Positions 36,857 to 47,002 of a DNA stretch of 64,000 nt are shown one piece after another (position 1 is the stretch's first letter; each line of letters opens with the position of its first letter). The DNA lies in assembly GCA_964497515.1 (NCBI GenBank), contig CAZCCV010000003.1, positions 70,840 to 134,839 of the forward strand, read 5' to 3'. The notes below the pieces were generated by a model that was given only the letters and a program-made list of their open reading frames with translations, ran no database searches and was not told the origin of the DNA. This stretch comes from an uncultured bacterium (lineage in GTDB: Bacteria; Armatimonadota; UBA5829; DTLH01). The position numbers and the translations under genes were made by a program.

Positions 36857-38017
36857 ATGAACCACGACTTCCTGGAGGCGCTCCGGCAGATAGAGAGAGA
36901 AAAGGAGATTCCGCTAGAGGTTCTCCTTACGACAATCGAGTCGGCGTTGGAGACGGCATACAAAAAGAACTATGCTGCGACTGGGGATATACGGGTAAGG
37001 GTAGCGGCCACCAAATCTGGCTTTAAGGTCTACACCCAAAAGGATGTAGTCGAGGAAGTCAGAAATGATCATACAGAGATTGCTTTGGAGGACGCTCGAA
37101 AATACGACAGCGATGCCATTGTCGGCGGTGCGGTTGAGATGGAGGTTACTCCGGGAGACTTTGGACGTATCGCCGCTCAGACTGCCAAGCAAGTGGTAGT
37201 GCAGCGCATCCGCGAAGCCGAAAGAGAGCAGGTCTACGAAGAGTTCGGCGATCGAATAGGTGAGGTCGTAACCGGGACAGTTCAGCGCAGAGAGCAGCGG
37301 AATGTGCTTATCAATCTTGGTAAGGTTGAGGCTCTTCTTCCGCCGGCTGAACAGGTGTCTACCGAGCCGTATAAGTTCGGTGACCGACTGAAAGTTTATA
37401 TGCTGGAGGTCAGACGTACGCCAAGAGGGCCTCAGGTCATTGTTTCGCGCACTCATCCGACACTTATTAGAAGATTGTTCGAGTTGGAAGTCCCTGAGAT
37501 AGCCGAAGGGATTGTTACGATAAAATCAGTTGCTCGCGAAGCCGGCGCCAGGACGAAAATTGCAGTGGCATCGAGCGACGATAGGGTAGATCCGGTCGGC
37601 GCCTGTGTTGGCCACCGCGGAACTCGGGTGCAGTCGGTTGTAAACGAGCTTTACGACGAGAAGATAGATATAGTTCGATGGAACGCTGACATAACCAAGT
37701 TCGTGGCTGAGAGTCTTAGCCCTGCAAAGGCGATCTCTGTCACCGCCGATGAAGAAGCTAAGGCGGCTCTCGTCATCGTTCCGGACAACCAGTTGTCGCT
37801 CGCTATCGGAAAATCCGGACAGAATGTGCGGTTGGCTGCCAGATTGACTGGTTGGAGAATCGATATTCGAAGCGAATCGCATCTTGGAGATTCTTCGCCC
37901 GAAGGTGAGCAAGAGGAAATGGCTGGCGCACCCGATAATACTGACGGGGTTGCTGCGGACTGGACAGAGCCTGCCGATTTGGGTTCGGAGTCTCCTGGAG
38001 ATGAACCTGTAGGTTAG
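36857..38017 (+). CDS. nusA: transcription termination/antitermination factor NusA
   Basis: N-terminal domain, S1, KH1 and KH2. 386 aa. Acidic C-terminal tail. Confidence 0.95.
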   Translation: MNHDFLEALRQIEREKEIPLEVLLTTIESALETAYKKNYAATGDIRVRVAATKSGFKVYTQKDVVEEVRNDHTEIALEDARKYDSDAIVGGAVEMEVTPGDFGRIAAQTAKQVVVQRIREAEREQVYEEFGDRIGEVVTGTVQRREQRNVLINLGKVEALLPPAEQVSTEPYKFGDRLKVYMLEVRRTPRGPQVIVSRTHPTLIRRLFELEVPEIAEGIVTIKSVAREAGARTKIAVASSDDRVDPVGACVGHRGTRVQSVVNELYDEKIDIVRWNADITKFVAESLSPAKAISVTADEEAKAALVIVPDNQLSLAIGKSGQNVRLAARLTGWRIDIRSESHLGDSSPEGEQEEMAGAPDNTDGVAADWTEPADLGSESPGDEPVG

Positions 38018-38077
38018 AACGGCTTTTGATGGAGTGCACTTGATCAACAGACTGCACTCCTGCAAATGAGATAAATT

Positions 38078-38341
38078 ATGGCAGAAAATAAGCGGCCGAT
38101 AAGAACTTGTGTCGCTTGTAGAGCGTCTGATGAGAAACAGGGCCTTTTGAGGATTGTAAAGGACTCATCCGGTGTTGTCAGTATTGATCCTACCGGGAAA
38201 AAGCCTGGTAGAGGTGCATATATTTGCCGCAGTGTTGAGTGTATCAATGCGGCTGCAAAGAAGAAATCGTTCGGACGGGCGCTTCGCACGGTAGTGCCCG
38301 CGGGTGTCATCGAAGAGTTGTTGAATACCGTGCGGGAGTAG
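38078..38341 (+). CDS. ylxR: YlxR-family (DUF448) RNA-binding protein
   Basis: RTCVACR...GRGAYIC motif. Position directly after nusA. Confidence 0.85.
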   Translation: MAENKRPIRTCVACRASDEKQGLLRIVKDSSGVVSIDPTGKKPGRGAYICRSVECINAAAKKKSFGRALRTVVPAGVIEELLNTVRE

Positions 38342-38639
38342 GAAGACAGCGACCGACAGACGGTAGTAGGGAAGCGTTATGGATCACTAGACGAAAAGCG
38401 ACAACTGCTCGCCGTGGGCGAGCCCAGGAGTGCGGCATTGTCCGCCGTGTAGTGTCCTCTTTGACGATTGATCGTCATTTCCCTTTCCTTCCACCGTCGT
38501 ATCGGCTGTCGTTCCAATTCTTCCAGGCGCCAGGTGTTGGCTGTACCAATTTTGGAAAGGAAAATGGGAATCCCCTGATTTCCTCTTTATTTTGGACCAG
38601 GCGTCCATCGACTAGCAGCGTGAGGTGAGAAAGTCTAAT

Positions 38640-40571
38640 ATGAGCAATATCAAAGTCTCCGAACTCGCGAAGGAGATGGGGATTCCGGCAGGCCCGCTTA
38701 TGGCGGCCCTGAAAGACCTCGGGGTTGCAGTAGATGGCCCGGGCAGTGAGATCGACAAGAGTACGGCCGAGTCTGTAAAAGAGATTATCAATGAGGACAA
38801 GAGTCGTGTCGTCGAGATGGGGCAGGCCATTACTGTCCGTGAGCTCGCTGAGGCAATGAATGCAGACTCCGGCGACGTTCAGCGGCGACTGGTGGAATCG
38901 GGTGTCTTGGCGAGTATCAATCAACAGCTTTCGCCTGAAGTTGCCGCGCAGGTGGCAGAAAAGTTCGGTTATCGCGTGCAGGCTGGAAAGAAGGTTCGCA
39001 AGGAGTCTGCACCGAAGGCAGTTGCTCCTGCACAGAAGTCAAAGAGTGCAGGCAAAACTGTCCCCAGGCCGCCCGTTGTAACCATTCTTGGCCACGTCGA
39101 CCACGGCAAAACCACTCTTCTCGATAAGATTAGATCTGCCAACGTTATCGAAGGCGAGTTTGGTGGAATCACTCAGCATATCGGTGCTTACCAGGTGGAG
39201 ATAGACGGCAGAAAGATCACTTTCCTGGATACACCGGGGCACGAGGCGTTCACCGCTATGCGTGCAAGGGGCGCTAGTGTCACAGATATAGCTGTTCTGA
39301 TAGTGGCTGCTGACGACGCTGTTATGCCGCAGACTGTTGAGGCAATCAACCACGCGAAGGCTGCCGATGTTCCAATTATCGTTGCCATAAACAAGATCGA
39401 TAAGCCGAGCGCCAATGTCGAGCGGACAAAACAGCAGCTTATGGATCACGACCTTATGCCTGAAGAGTGGGGCGGCGATACCATTATGGTGGAGATCTCT
39501 GCAAAGCAGGGCACTAATCTCGATAGCCTCCTCGAGATGATTCTCCTTACGGCGGATATGCTGGAACTGTCGGCTCCGGCGTCAGCCAAGGACGTAGGGG
39601 GAGTTATCATCGAAGCCAAGATCGATAAGGGCAAAGGCCCGGTTGCTACGGTGCTTGTGCAGAAGGGTACTCTTAAGGTTGGCACTCCGGTAGTTGCCGG
39701 CGCAGCTTGTGGCAAGATCAAGGCTATGCTCGATGAAAATGGCGAACGGGTCTACAAGGCTGGCCCTGCCACACCGGTAGAGATTCTGGGGTTTTCTCAG
39801 CCGCCGCTTGCGGGAGATACTCTCATCTCAGCAAAGGACGACAAACGCGCCAGACAGATGGCCGAATTGTGCGCACAGAGGACTCGCGAGGATAGAATTG
39901 CTTCTGAATCCAGACTGACGCTCGAAGACCTCTTCAGACAGGTAAAAGAAGGTCAGGTGAAAGACCTGAACATTGTATTGAAAACAGACGTTCAGGGCTC
40001 TGAGGAAGCTGTAAGGCAGTCGCTTGAGGGCATTGAGCACGAAGAGGTTCGGGTTAAAATCATCCACACTGGCGTAGGCAATGTTAGTGAAAATGATATT
40101 CTGCTGGCTACTGCGTCAAATGCGATTGTCATCGGTTTCAACGTTAAAGTGGACACGAGAGCCTCCGATATGGCCGATGCCGAGCACGTAGAGGTTAGAA
40201 CCTACAATATCATCTACGAGCTTATAAATGATGTTAGAGCTGCTATGGGTGGACTTCTGGAGCCGGTATACGAAGAGGTTCCGCTTGGTACAGTGGATGT
40301 TCGTGCGATATTCCGCGTGCCGAAGGTGGGTATCGTTGCTGGATGTTATGTCACTGATGGCAAAGTCACCAGAAACTCCCAGGCAAGGGTTATCCGCAAT
40401 AGCGAAGTCATCCATACGGGCAAAATCGACACTTTGAAGCATCTGAAAGATGATGTTAAGGAGATGGCGGCGGGCTTCGAGTGCGGAATTGCGATGGAAG
40501 GATACAACGACTTCGAAATAGGCGACACGTTGGATGTCTTTACCACTCGCCGCGTTGCTCGTGCGGTCTAG
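38640..40571 (+). CDS. infB: translation initiation factor IF-2
   Basis: GTPase G-domain ([21 protein letters not shown]). Domains II to IV. Start at MSNIKV (RBS AGGTGAGAAAG); the ORF extends to 38625. Confidence 0.95.
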   Translation: MSNIKVSELAKEMGIPAGPLMAALKDLGVAVDGPGSEIDKSTAESVKEIINEDKSRVVEMGQAITVRELAEAMNADSGDVQRRLVESGVLASINQQLSPEVAAQVAEKFGYRVQAGKKVRKESAPKAVAPAQKSKSAGKTVPRPPVVTILGHVDHGKTTLLDKIRSANVIEGEFGGITQHIGAYQVEIDGRKITFLDTPGHEAFTAMRARGASVTDIAVLIVAADDAVMPQTVEAINHAKAADVPIIVAINKIDKPSANVERTKQQLMDHDLMPEEWGGDTIMVEISAKQGTNLDSLLEMILLTADMLELSAPASAKDVGGVIIEAKIDKGKGPVATVLVQKGTLKVGTPVVAGAACGKIKAMLDENGERVYKAGPATPVEILGFSQPPLAGDTLISAKDDKRARQMAELCAQRTREDRIASESRLTLEDLFRQVKEGQVKDLNIVLKTDVQGSEEAVRQSLEGIEHEEVRVKIIHTGVGNVSENDILLATASNAIVIGFNVKVDTRASDMADAEHVEVRTYNIIYELINDVRAAMGGLLEPVYEEVPLGTVDVRAIFRVPKVGIVAGCYVTDGKVTRNSQARVIRNSEVIHTGKIDTLKHLKDDVKEMAAGFECGIAMEGYNDFEIGDTLDVFTTRRVARAV

Positions 40572-40628
40572 TTGTTAATCGGTGGGCGGTCGACAATATT
40601 ATCTGCTGCTCACTTGCCGCGTAGTGCT

Positions 40629-40910
40629 ATGATCATTGGCATACTGACGGTTAAGCTCGCGATACCTGGGGCAAACTCTCTTAAGGATAAGAGACAAGTG
40701 ATCAAAAGTATGCTCGAAGGTATCAGGCGTAAGTTCAACGTCTCCGCCGCTGAGGTTGGTGATAACGATGTTTGGCGGCGGGCTACAATTGGCGTAGCGT
40801 GTATCTCAAATGACAGGGGATTGGCAAATCGCATAATGGACAAGGTTGTGGATTTTGCCGAGTCGAACCCTGTCATTTCACTTGTTTCGGTAGAACTGGA
40901 ATTTGTATGA
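40629..40910 (+). CDS. ylxP: DUF503 (YlxP-like) protein
   Basis: 94-aa protein MIIGILTVKLAIPGANSLKDKRQVIK... Conserved position between infB and rbfA. Confidence 0.75.
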   Translation: MIIGILTVKLAIPGANSLKDKRQVIKSMLEGIRRKFNVSAAEVGDNDVWRRATIGVACISNDRGLANRIMDKVVDFAESNPVISLVSVELEFV

Positions 40911-41263
40911 CACAACGGCAGGAGAGAGTCGAAGAGCAGCTCAAGGTCGAGATTAGCGACATTATTCACAGGGAGCTAAAAGACCCGAGAGCGGGGTTTA
41001 TTAGTATTACGGGAGTCAAGGTTACTCCGGATCTCAGGCAGGCGCGCGTGTTTGTGAGTGTGATGGGCGACGAGACTGCGCAAGAAAATAGCATGAAAGC
41101 ACTCAAAAGCGCTGCCGGTTTTGTAAGAAGCGAAGTTGGCAAGCGAGTGCGGATGAAGAGCACTCCCGAGATTCAGTTTGAATTCGACAATTCAATTGAG
41201 CACGGTGCACGCATTTTTGAGCTCCTAGAGAAGATAAAGAGAGATGAGTCTAACCAGGGATGA
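40907..41263 (+). CDS. rbfA: ribosome-binding factor A
   Basis: 118-aa protein of the RbfA KH-like family. ATGA overlap with ylxP. Confidence 0.9.
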   Translation: MTQRQERVEEQLKVEISDIIHRELKDPRAGFISITGVKVTPDLRQARVFVSVMGDETAQENSMKALKSAAGFVRSEVGKRVRMKSTPEIQFEFDNSIEHGARIFELLEKIKRDESNQG

Positions 41264-42227
41264 TCTTCTTGCTGCGGTAGAGTTAGTAGAGAAGAATAAG
41301 AGCTTTGTTATAGGTGTTCATACTCGCCCCGACCCCGACACGGTCGGAAGTGCGCTTGCACTGGCGCGTGCTCTGCGTGCCCGTGGTAAGGAAGTGACTC
41401 TCATCTCACAGGATCCAATTCCGGAGAACTGTGACTATCTACCGGATGCTGAAAGATTTGTTCAGAAGGCAGATGAAAGGTCTTTTGATGTTGCTGTTTT
41501 CTGCGACGCGGGTGAGCCGAGCCGTATGGGTGCATCCGCTTCGGTGTTGACACTCGGGAAGAATCGATTGGTTGTCGATCACCACGTATCTACATCAGCT
41601 TCTAACACTGAAAACACTGTTTTTCTGGTGGATCATTCCGCTGCGGCCACTGCGGAAATCGTCTTTGAGCTTATTCACGAGCTTAAGGTGAACTTCGAGA
41701 TAGAGATGGCGGAACAGCTTATGGCTGGTCTCGTGGGAGATACTGGAGGTTTCAGGTTTGCGAACGTCACTAGTCGCACGCTGGAGATAGCCTCTAGACT
41801 TGTGGAATACGGGGCGTCACCCGCTATTGCTGCACGTCAGATATACGAGAACCGATCAGTTGCGAGTATGCGCATCGTGGGCAGTGTGCTGTCGAGTGCG
41901 GTTATCGAGGAAGATATCGCGATCATTTGGGGTCAGATCACCCGTGCTGATTTTGAGCGGTTGGGTGCCACCGATTCCGACACCGAAGGTATAGTCAATC
42001 AGCTCAGTTTTACAAAGGGCATTGAAGTGGCGATTCTGTTTCGCGAAACCAGAGTGGATCTTATCCAGATCAGCTTTCGTTCCAGAGGCAAAACCGATGT
42101 GAACGCTATTGCCAGGGCTTTTGGCGGGGGTGGTCACGTTGCTGCTTCTGGAGCTACTGTAGAAGGCTCACTCGAGGACACGAAAACTGCTGTATTGGCA
42201 GAGGTTCGGAGATGGATGGCATCCTAA
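41244..42227 (+). CDS. nrnA: DHH/DHHA1 phosphoesterase, NrnA-like (oligoribonuclease / pAp phosphatase)
   Basis: DHH motifs (HTRPDPDTVGSA, DHH) and DHHA1 (GGGH). 327 aa. Confidence 0.85.
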   Translation: MSLTRDDLLAAVELVEKNKSFVIGVHTRPDPDTVGSALALARALRARGKEVTLISQDPIPENCDYLPDAERFVQKADERSFDVAVFCDAGEPSRMGASASVLTLGKNRLVVDHHVSTSASNTENTVFLVDHSAAATAEIVFELIHELKVNFEIEMAEQLMAGLVGDTGGFRFANVTSRTLEIASRLVEYGASPAIAARQIYENRSVASMRIVGSVLSSAVIEEDIAIIWGQITRADFERLGATDSDTEGIVNQLSFTKGIEVAILFRETRVDLIQISFRSRGKTDVNAIARAFGGGGHVAASGATVEGSLEDTKTAVLAEVRRWMAS

Positions 42228-43114
42228 ATATCGACAAGCCTTCCGGACCGACTTCGCACGACATAGTAGCAAAGGTCAGACGAATCCTCGGTCAGAAGAG
42301 GGTGGGTCATACCGGCACTTTGGATCCGCTAGCCACCGGTGTGCTGGTTGTTTGCGTTGGAAAAGCTACCAGGCTGGTTGAATACCTTGTCGGCAATGAC
42401 AAAGCATACTCTGCTCGAATGGTGCTTGGCCAGACTACTTCCACGTGTGATTCTGAAGGTGAAGCAACTTCTGACACCGACGCCTCACACATCTCGGTCG
42501 AAATGGTAAAGGATGTGCTGCCGAGATTTACCGGGAGGATTCAGCAGATACCGCCGATGGTCTCCGCTGTGAAACACAATGGCAAGAGGCTGTATGAGCT
42601 TGCCAGGAAAGATATCGAGGTAGAGCGGCGACCTCGAGAGATCAGTGTTCACCGGCTCGAATTGACGGGCTTTGCTGCTGGCAGTCATCCCGAAGTGGGG
42701 CTATTTGTCGTCTGTTCGAGCGGCACGTATATCAGAACACTCTGTGCGGATATCGGCGAAGCTCTTGGCGTTGGTGGACATATGGCGGGGTTGAACCGCA
42801 ATCGCGTGGGAGCGTTCTCACTGGATGACTCTATAACGCTGGAGGGTCTTCAACAGGCTGTTGACGAAGGCCGAGTGAACAAGGTTATAATGCCGATGGA
42901 TCAGGCGCTTACTGATATGCCTTCTGTGGCGGTCGGCGCTCAAGACGAGATGCTGGTTGCTCACGGAGGGGAGATAGCCGTGCGACTCGACGATCAGGAA
43001 GGCACACTGGTGCGAGTTTTGTCCGAAGATGGCAGGCTGCTCTCGGTTGGCAGGTTGCGCCACAGAGGCAGCGAGAGCGTTATCTCTCCTGAAAAGGTGT
43101 TCATCGCAGCGTGA
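42212..43114 (+). CDS. truB: tRNA pseudouridine(55) synthase
   Basis: Catalytic motif GHTGTLDPLATGVL. PUA-like C-terminus. Confidence 0.95.
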   Translation: MDGILNIDKPSGPTSHDIVAKVRRILGQKRVGHTGTLDPLATGVLVVCVGKATRLVEYLVGNDKAYSARMVLGQTTSTCDSEGEATSDTDASHISVEMVKDVLPRFTGRIQQIPPMVSAVKHNGKRLYELARKDIEVERRPREISVHRLELTGFAAGSHPEVGLFVVCSSGTYIRTLCADIGEALGVGGHMAGLNRNRVGAFSLDDSITLEGLQQAVDEGRVNKVIMPMDQALTDMPSVAVGAQDEMLVAHGGEIAVRLDDQEGTLVRVLSEDGRLLSVGRLRHRGSESVISPEKVFIAA

Positions 43115-43199
43115 ATATGCAGTTTTGGGGTATAAGCGGGTGCTGCGGCAACTCGATATGCGCGTGGTCGTATAACGCAGGCTCCGGGGGACAGTAGAT

Positions 43200-44219
43200 G
43201 TGTTAGCAATGAAGTGCTGCATTGGCCTGGATGATCTGCCGCCTGAAATCAAGGAATCGGCTGTCAGTATTGGGATGTTCGACGGCGTTCATTTGGGGCA
43301 TCAGGCCTTGCTTTCTGCTCTTGTGGAAGAAGCTAAGAGGTTGGATGCGCCGGCCGTTGTGCTTACATTCGATCGCCATCCCGCAGAGATACTCTCTCCG
43401 AAGAATGCGCCACTGTATGTAACGCCTATCGAGGAGCGGGTGGAACTCCTTAAGGCTGCTGGAGCCGATATCGTAGTAGTAGCCACTTTTGATAGGGAGA
43501 TGGCAGAACTCGAGCCGGAAGAGTTTGTCGACACGATACTGGTATCCAAGCTGCGGGCTGAGATTGCAGTAATTGGGAGTAATTTCCGGTTTGGCAGGAA
43601 GCGAGTGGGTGATGTCGCCAGATTGCGCGTGCTTGGCGATAAACGCGGGATAAGCGTAGTAGCCGTCGAGCCTGTAGTTATGCGGGGCAAGAGAATTAGC
43701 AGTACGCGTGTAAGGTGTGCAATCGAATCTGGAGATGTGATTTCTGCAGAGGAGTTCTTGGGGCGACCATTTGCTCTATTTGGAACGGTCGTTCACGGAC
43801 AGGAGATCGGTAGAACCATCGGGTTTCCTACTGCAAATGTGGAGGTTGCGAAAGACCAGATTGTGCCCGGTGATGGCGTCTATGCGGTGAGTGTCGAGGT
43901 TCCAGGAGGCAGCTTCTGTGGAGTCTGCAGCATTGGCACTCGGCCCACTGTAAACGGCAAATCACGAACAATTGAAGTTTATATTATAGGTTTTGATGGA
44001 GACATTTACGGCAACAACGTGTGCGTTGACTTCGTTGCCAGGCTGCGCGACGAAGTCCGTTTCGATTCTCTTGACGAACTGAAAGCACAAATACAGAAGG
44101 ATGTGGAAAAATCCAAAGAGTATGTTGCAAATCGACGGGAGAACTGCACAAGTGCAGCCTGCCTGCGTTTGACAACAGAGACTCGATGTGGTAAATTTCC
44201 GTATAACAACGGGAGGTAG
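43200..44219 (+). CDS. ribF: bifunctional riboflavin kinase / FMN adenylyltransferase
   Basis: N-terminal FAD-synthetase (GMFDGVHLGHQ) and C-terminal riboflavin-kinase domain. Alternative start at 43209. Confidence 0.9.
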   Translation: MLAMKCCIGLDDLPPEIKESAVSIGMFDGVHLGHQALLSALVEEAKRLDAPAVVLTFDRHPAEILSPKNAPLYVTPIEERVELLKAAGADIVVVATFDREMAELEPEEFVDTILVSKLRAEIAVIGSNFRFGRKRVGDVARLRVLGDKRGISVVAVEPVVMRGKRISSTRVRCAIESGDVISAEEFLGRPFALFGTVVHGQEIGRTIGFPTANVEVAKDQIVPGDGVYAVSVEVPGGSFCGVCSIGTRPTVNGKSRTIEVYIIGFDGDIYGNNVCVDFVARLRDEVRFDSLDELKAQIQKDVEKSKEYVANRRENCTSAACLRLTTETRCGKFPYNNGR

Positions 44220-44225
44220 AAACAC

Positions 44226-44495
44226 TTGGCGCTTATTAAAGAGCGAAAGGCTGAGATCATATCACAGCATATGAGCCATGAGGGCGATACCGGCTCTCCG
44301 GAGGTTCAGATAGCCTTACTCACAACGCGCATCAATCAACTGACTGAGCATCTTAAGGAGCATCAGAAGGATCACCATTCCAGACGAGGCCTTCTTATGA
44401 TGGTCGGCAAGCGCAGACGGCTTCTGAACTATTTGGCGAAGACCGAGATCGGCCGTTATCGCGCAATCGTTGGCAAGCTCGGCTTGAGAAGATAG
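44226..44495 (+). CDS. rpsO: 30S ribosomal protein S15
   Basis: 89-aa S15 ([25 protein letters not shown]). Confidence 0.95.
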   Translation: MALIKERKAEIISQHMSHEGDTGSPEVQIALLTTRINQLTEHLKEHQKDHHSRRGLLMMVGKRRRLLNYLAKTEIGRYRAIVGKLGLRR

Positions 44496-44512
44496 GACAG
44501 CTAAACACAACA

Positions 44513-46822
44513 ATGACGAATAGAGTAGAACTCGAACTGGGAGGCCGCACGTTCGTCCTCGAAACAGGCAAATTAGCCAAACAGGCCAACGGGGCCGTGA
44601 CTCTGACGTGCGGTGATACCGTAGTTCTTGCCACGGCCACTATGGGCGCCCTTCCCAGGGTAGGCATAGGCTTTTTCCCGCTTACATGCGACTACGAAGA
44701 ACGTAAATCAGCAGTAGGCAAAATTCCGGGAGGCTTTGTCAAACGAGGCGGAAGACCTTCCGAAAAAGCAGTTTTGACTTCGCGGCTCATTGATCGCCCT
44801 CTTCGCCCGCTTTTCCCCGAAGGAATGCGCAACGAGGTGCAGGTCATAGCCATTCCTCTTTCTATGGAGACCGATTGTCCGGCTGATATGTTGGCGCTGG
44901 TTGCCGCATCGGCTGCACTCACTATCTCGGATATTCCATTCCTTGGCCCTGTCGGCGCTGTGAGAGTCGGACGTATCGAAGGTGAGTTTGTGCTCAACCC
45001 GAGTGTTGATCAGCAGAAAGACTCTGACCTCGACCTTGTCGTGGCTGGAACTAGCGAAGCTGTTGCAATGCTCGAAGGCGGTGCAAACCAACTGCCCGAG
45101 GAGACTATCCTCGAAGCAATAGACTTTGCTTTCGAAGCCGTTAAGTCCCTCTGCGCACTTCAGAAAGAGTTGGCAGACAAAGTCGGTGTGACCAAGAAGG
45201 ATGTGCCGCTCCACGAGATGGATGAAGAGATTCTTCAGGCAGTTAGAGATACCTCTGCTGCTGCAGTCTCCGATGCCATCCGTGATCCCGACAAAGCTTC
45301 GCGCGAGAGTGGAATCAACGATGTGAAGAACGAAATCGTTGAGAATCTGGCTGAACAGTTCCCTGAGCGCGAGGGCGAAATTGCCGAAGCGGCCGAAATA
45401 GTTGTTAAGGAAGAGATCAGAAAACTCATTCTGGAGCAGGGTGTAAGACCTGATGGTCGCACTCCGGACCAGATTAGAGATATATGGTGTGAGGTCGGCA
45501 TACTTCCTCGAGTTCACGGCTCTGGCGTGTTTACCAGAGGTCAGACTCAGGTTCTGACCAGTGTGACTCTAGGTTCGCTGGACGATGCTCAAATAATCGA
45601 TACCCTCGAAGAGGATACCGAAAAGCGTTATATGCATTTCTACAACTTCCTGCCGTTCTCCACTGGCGAAACTAGGCCACTGAGAGCACCGGGAAGACGC
45701 GAAGTTGGTCACGGCGCACTTGCAGAGCGTGCTCTTAAGTATGTGGTGCCGGAACAGGAAGATTTCCCATATACGCTGCTGCTAATCTCAGACGTGTTGG
45801 AGTCTAATGGCTCGTCGTCGATGGCGAGTGTGTGCGGTTCGACACTTGCTCTTATGGACGCCGGAGTGAAGATTGCGGCTCCAATCGCTGGTATTGCTAT
45901 GGGGCTTATGACCAACGATTCGGGCAAGTACACCATCCTTAATGATATCCAGGGTATGGAAGACTTCACTGGCGATATGGACTTCAAGGTTGCTGGAAGC
46001 GCCGAAGGGATTACCGCCATTCAGATGGATACCAAAATTGGCGGCATCTCGAACGAAATAGTCAAAGAGACTCTCGAAAGAGCTAAGGAAGGCCGGTTGC
46101 ATATACTGAACGCTATGCTGCAGGCGATTCCTGAGTCGAGAGAGACTATGTCGGAATACGCTCCTAGAGTCTTTGTTATCGAGATTGATCCGGATAAGAT
46201 CGGTGACATAATTGGCCCTGGAGGCAAGATCATCAAAAGGATCGAAGCCGATACCGGTGCCAAACTCGATATTCAGCAGGATGGGCACGTGTATATTACC
46301 TCCGTCGATGCTGAAGGAGGCGAGCGTGCGCTGAAGATTGTTCACGACATCACCCGCGAAGTAACCGTTGGTGAAACCTATGTGGGCAAAGTCACCCGTG
46401 TGGAAAACTACGGCGCATTTGTCGAGATTCTTCCGGGTCGAGAGGGGATGGTTCACGTCTCCGAAATCTCGACGGCAAGAGTCTCGAGAGTCGAGGATGT
46501 AGTTAGAGTCGGCGACGAAGTGCTTGTCAAAGTCGTTCCTGGCGAAGACAACAAAATCAGACTCTCTATGAAGGGTCTCACACAGAAGCCGAGAGCGGGT
46601 GAATCGGAGGAAGCGTTCCAGGCGCGAATGGCGGCTGCTACTACCCCGAAGCCAGGCGGTGACAGACCGGAGCGTAGCGGAGGGCGCGGTTTCGACCGTG
46701 GTGGTAGAGATCGTGGACGCCCGGGTGGCCGAGACCGCGGACGCGGGCAAGCTCCGGATAAGAACGATGACGACCCCAAAGGCCCGGGAGACGTCCAGGC
46801 CTATTTCAGACCTAAACGATAA
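44513..46822 (+). CDS. pnp: polynucleotide phosphorylase with about 80-aa Arg/Gly/Asp-rich C-terminal tail
   Basis: Two RNase PH domains, KH, S1, then a GGRGFDRGGRDRGRPGGRDRGRG low-complexity tail. 769 aa. Confidence 0.95.
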   Translation: MTNRVELELGGRTFVLETGKLAKQANGAVTLTCGDTVVLATATMGALPRVGIGFFPLTCDYEERKSAVGKIPGGFVKRGGRPSEKAVLTSRLIDRPLRPLFPEGMRNEVQVIAIPLSMETDCPADMLALVAASAALTISDIPFLGPVGAVRVGRIEGEFVLNPSVDQQKDSDLDLVVAGTSEAVAMLEGGANQLPEETILEAIDFAFEAVKSLCALQKELADKVGVTKKDVPLHEMDEEILQAVRDTSAAAVSDAIRDPDKASRESGINDVKNEIVENLAEQFPEREGEIAEAAEIVVKEEIRKLILEQGVRPDGRTPDQIRDIWCEVGILPRVHGSGVFTRGQTQVLTSVTLGSLDDAQIIDTLEEDTEKRYMHFYNFLPFSTGETRPLRAPGRREVGHGALAERALKYVVPEQEDFPYTLLLISDVLESNGSSSMASVCGSTLALMDAGVKIAAPIAGIAMGLMTNDSGKYTILNDIQGMEDFTGDMDFKVAGSAEGITAIQMDTKIGGISNEIVKETLERAKEGRLHILNAMLQAIPESRETMSEYAPRVFVIEIDPDKIGDIIGPGGKIIKRIEADTGAKLDIQQDGHVYITSVDAEGGERALKIVHDITREVTVGETYVGKVTRVENYGAFVEILPGREGMVHVSEISTARVSRVEDVVRVGDEVLVKVVPGEDNKIRLSMKGLTQKPRAGESEEAFQARMAAATTPKPGGDRPERSGGRGFDRGGRDRGRPGGRDRGRGQAPDKNDDDPKGPGDVQAYFRPKR

Positions 46823-46856
46823 TCGATTCAGAGTGTAAAGCGTGGAGCACGGAGTT

Positions 46857-46881
46857 GCGGGCCGGCTGAAGTCGGCCCGGT
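46857..46881 (+). terminator. hairpin CGGGCCG/CGGCCCG after pnp (weak T-tract)
   Basis: Read directly. Confidence 0.3.
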
Positions 46882-47002
46882 TATGCTCAAACACTTCCCG
46901 CTTTGCACTTTTTTGCTATGATGTATTGGTGGCGGAGAGCTTCATTCATCTGCCTTTATCTGGTGCTGTTTGCACGCGTTTCGTATCTTGTAAGAGTAGC
47001 CT

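Noticed and set aside
38239-38628. 129-aa ORF spanning the ylxR-infB gap
   Set aside because: It overlaps the 3' end of ylxR in another frame. Its Arg-rich composition is typical of GC-rich noise, and it has no RBS.
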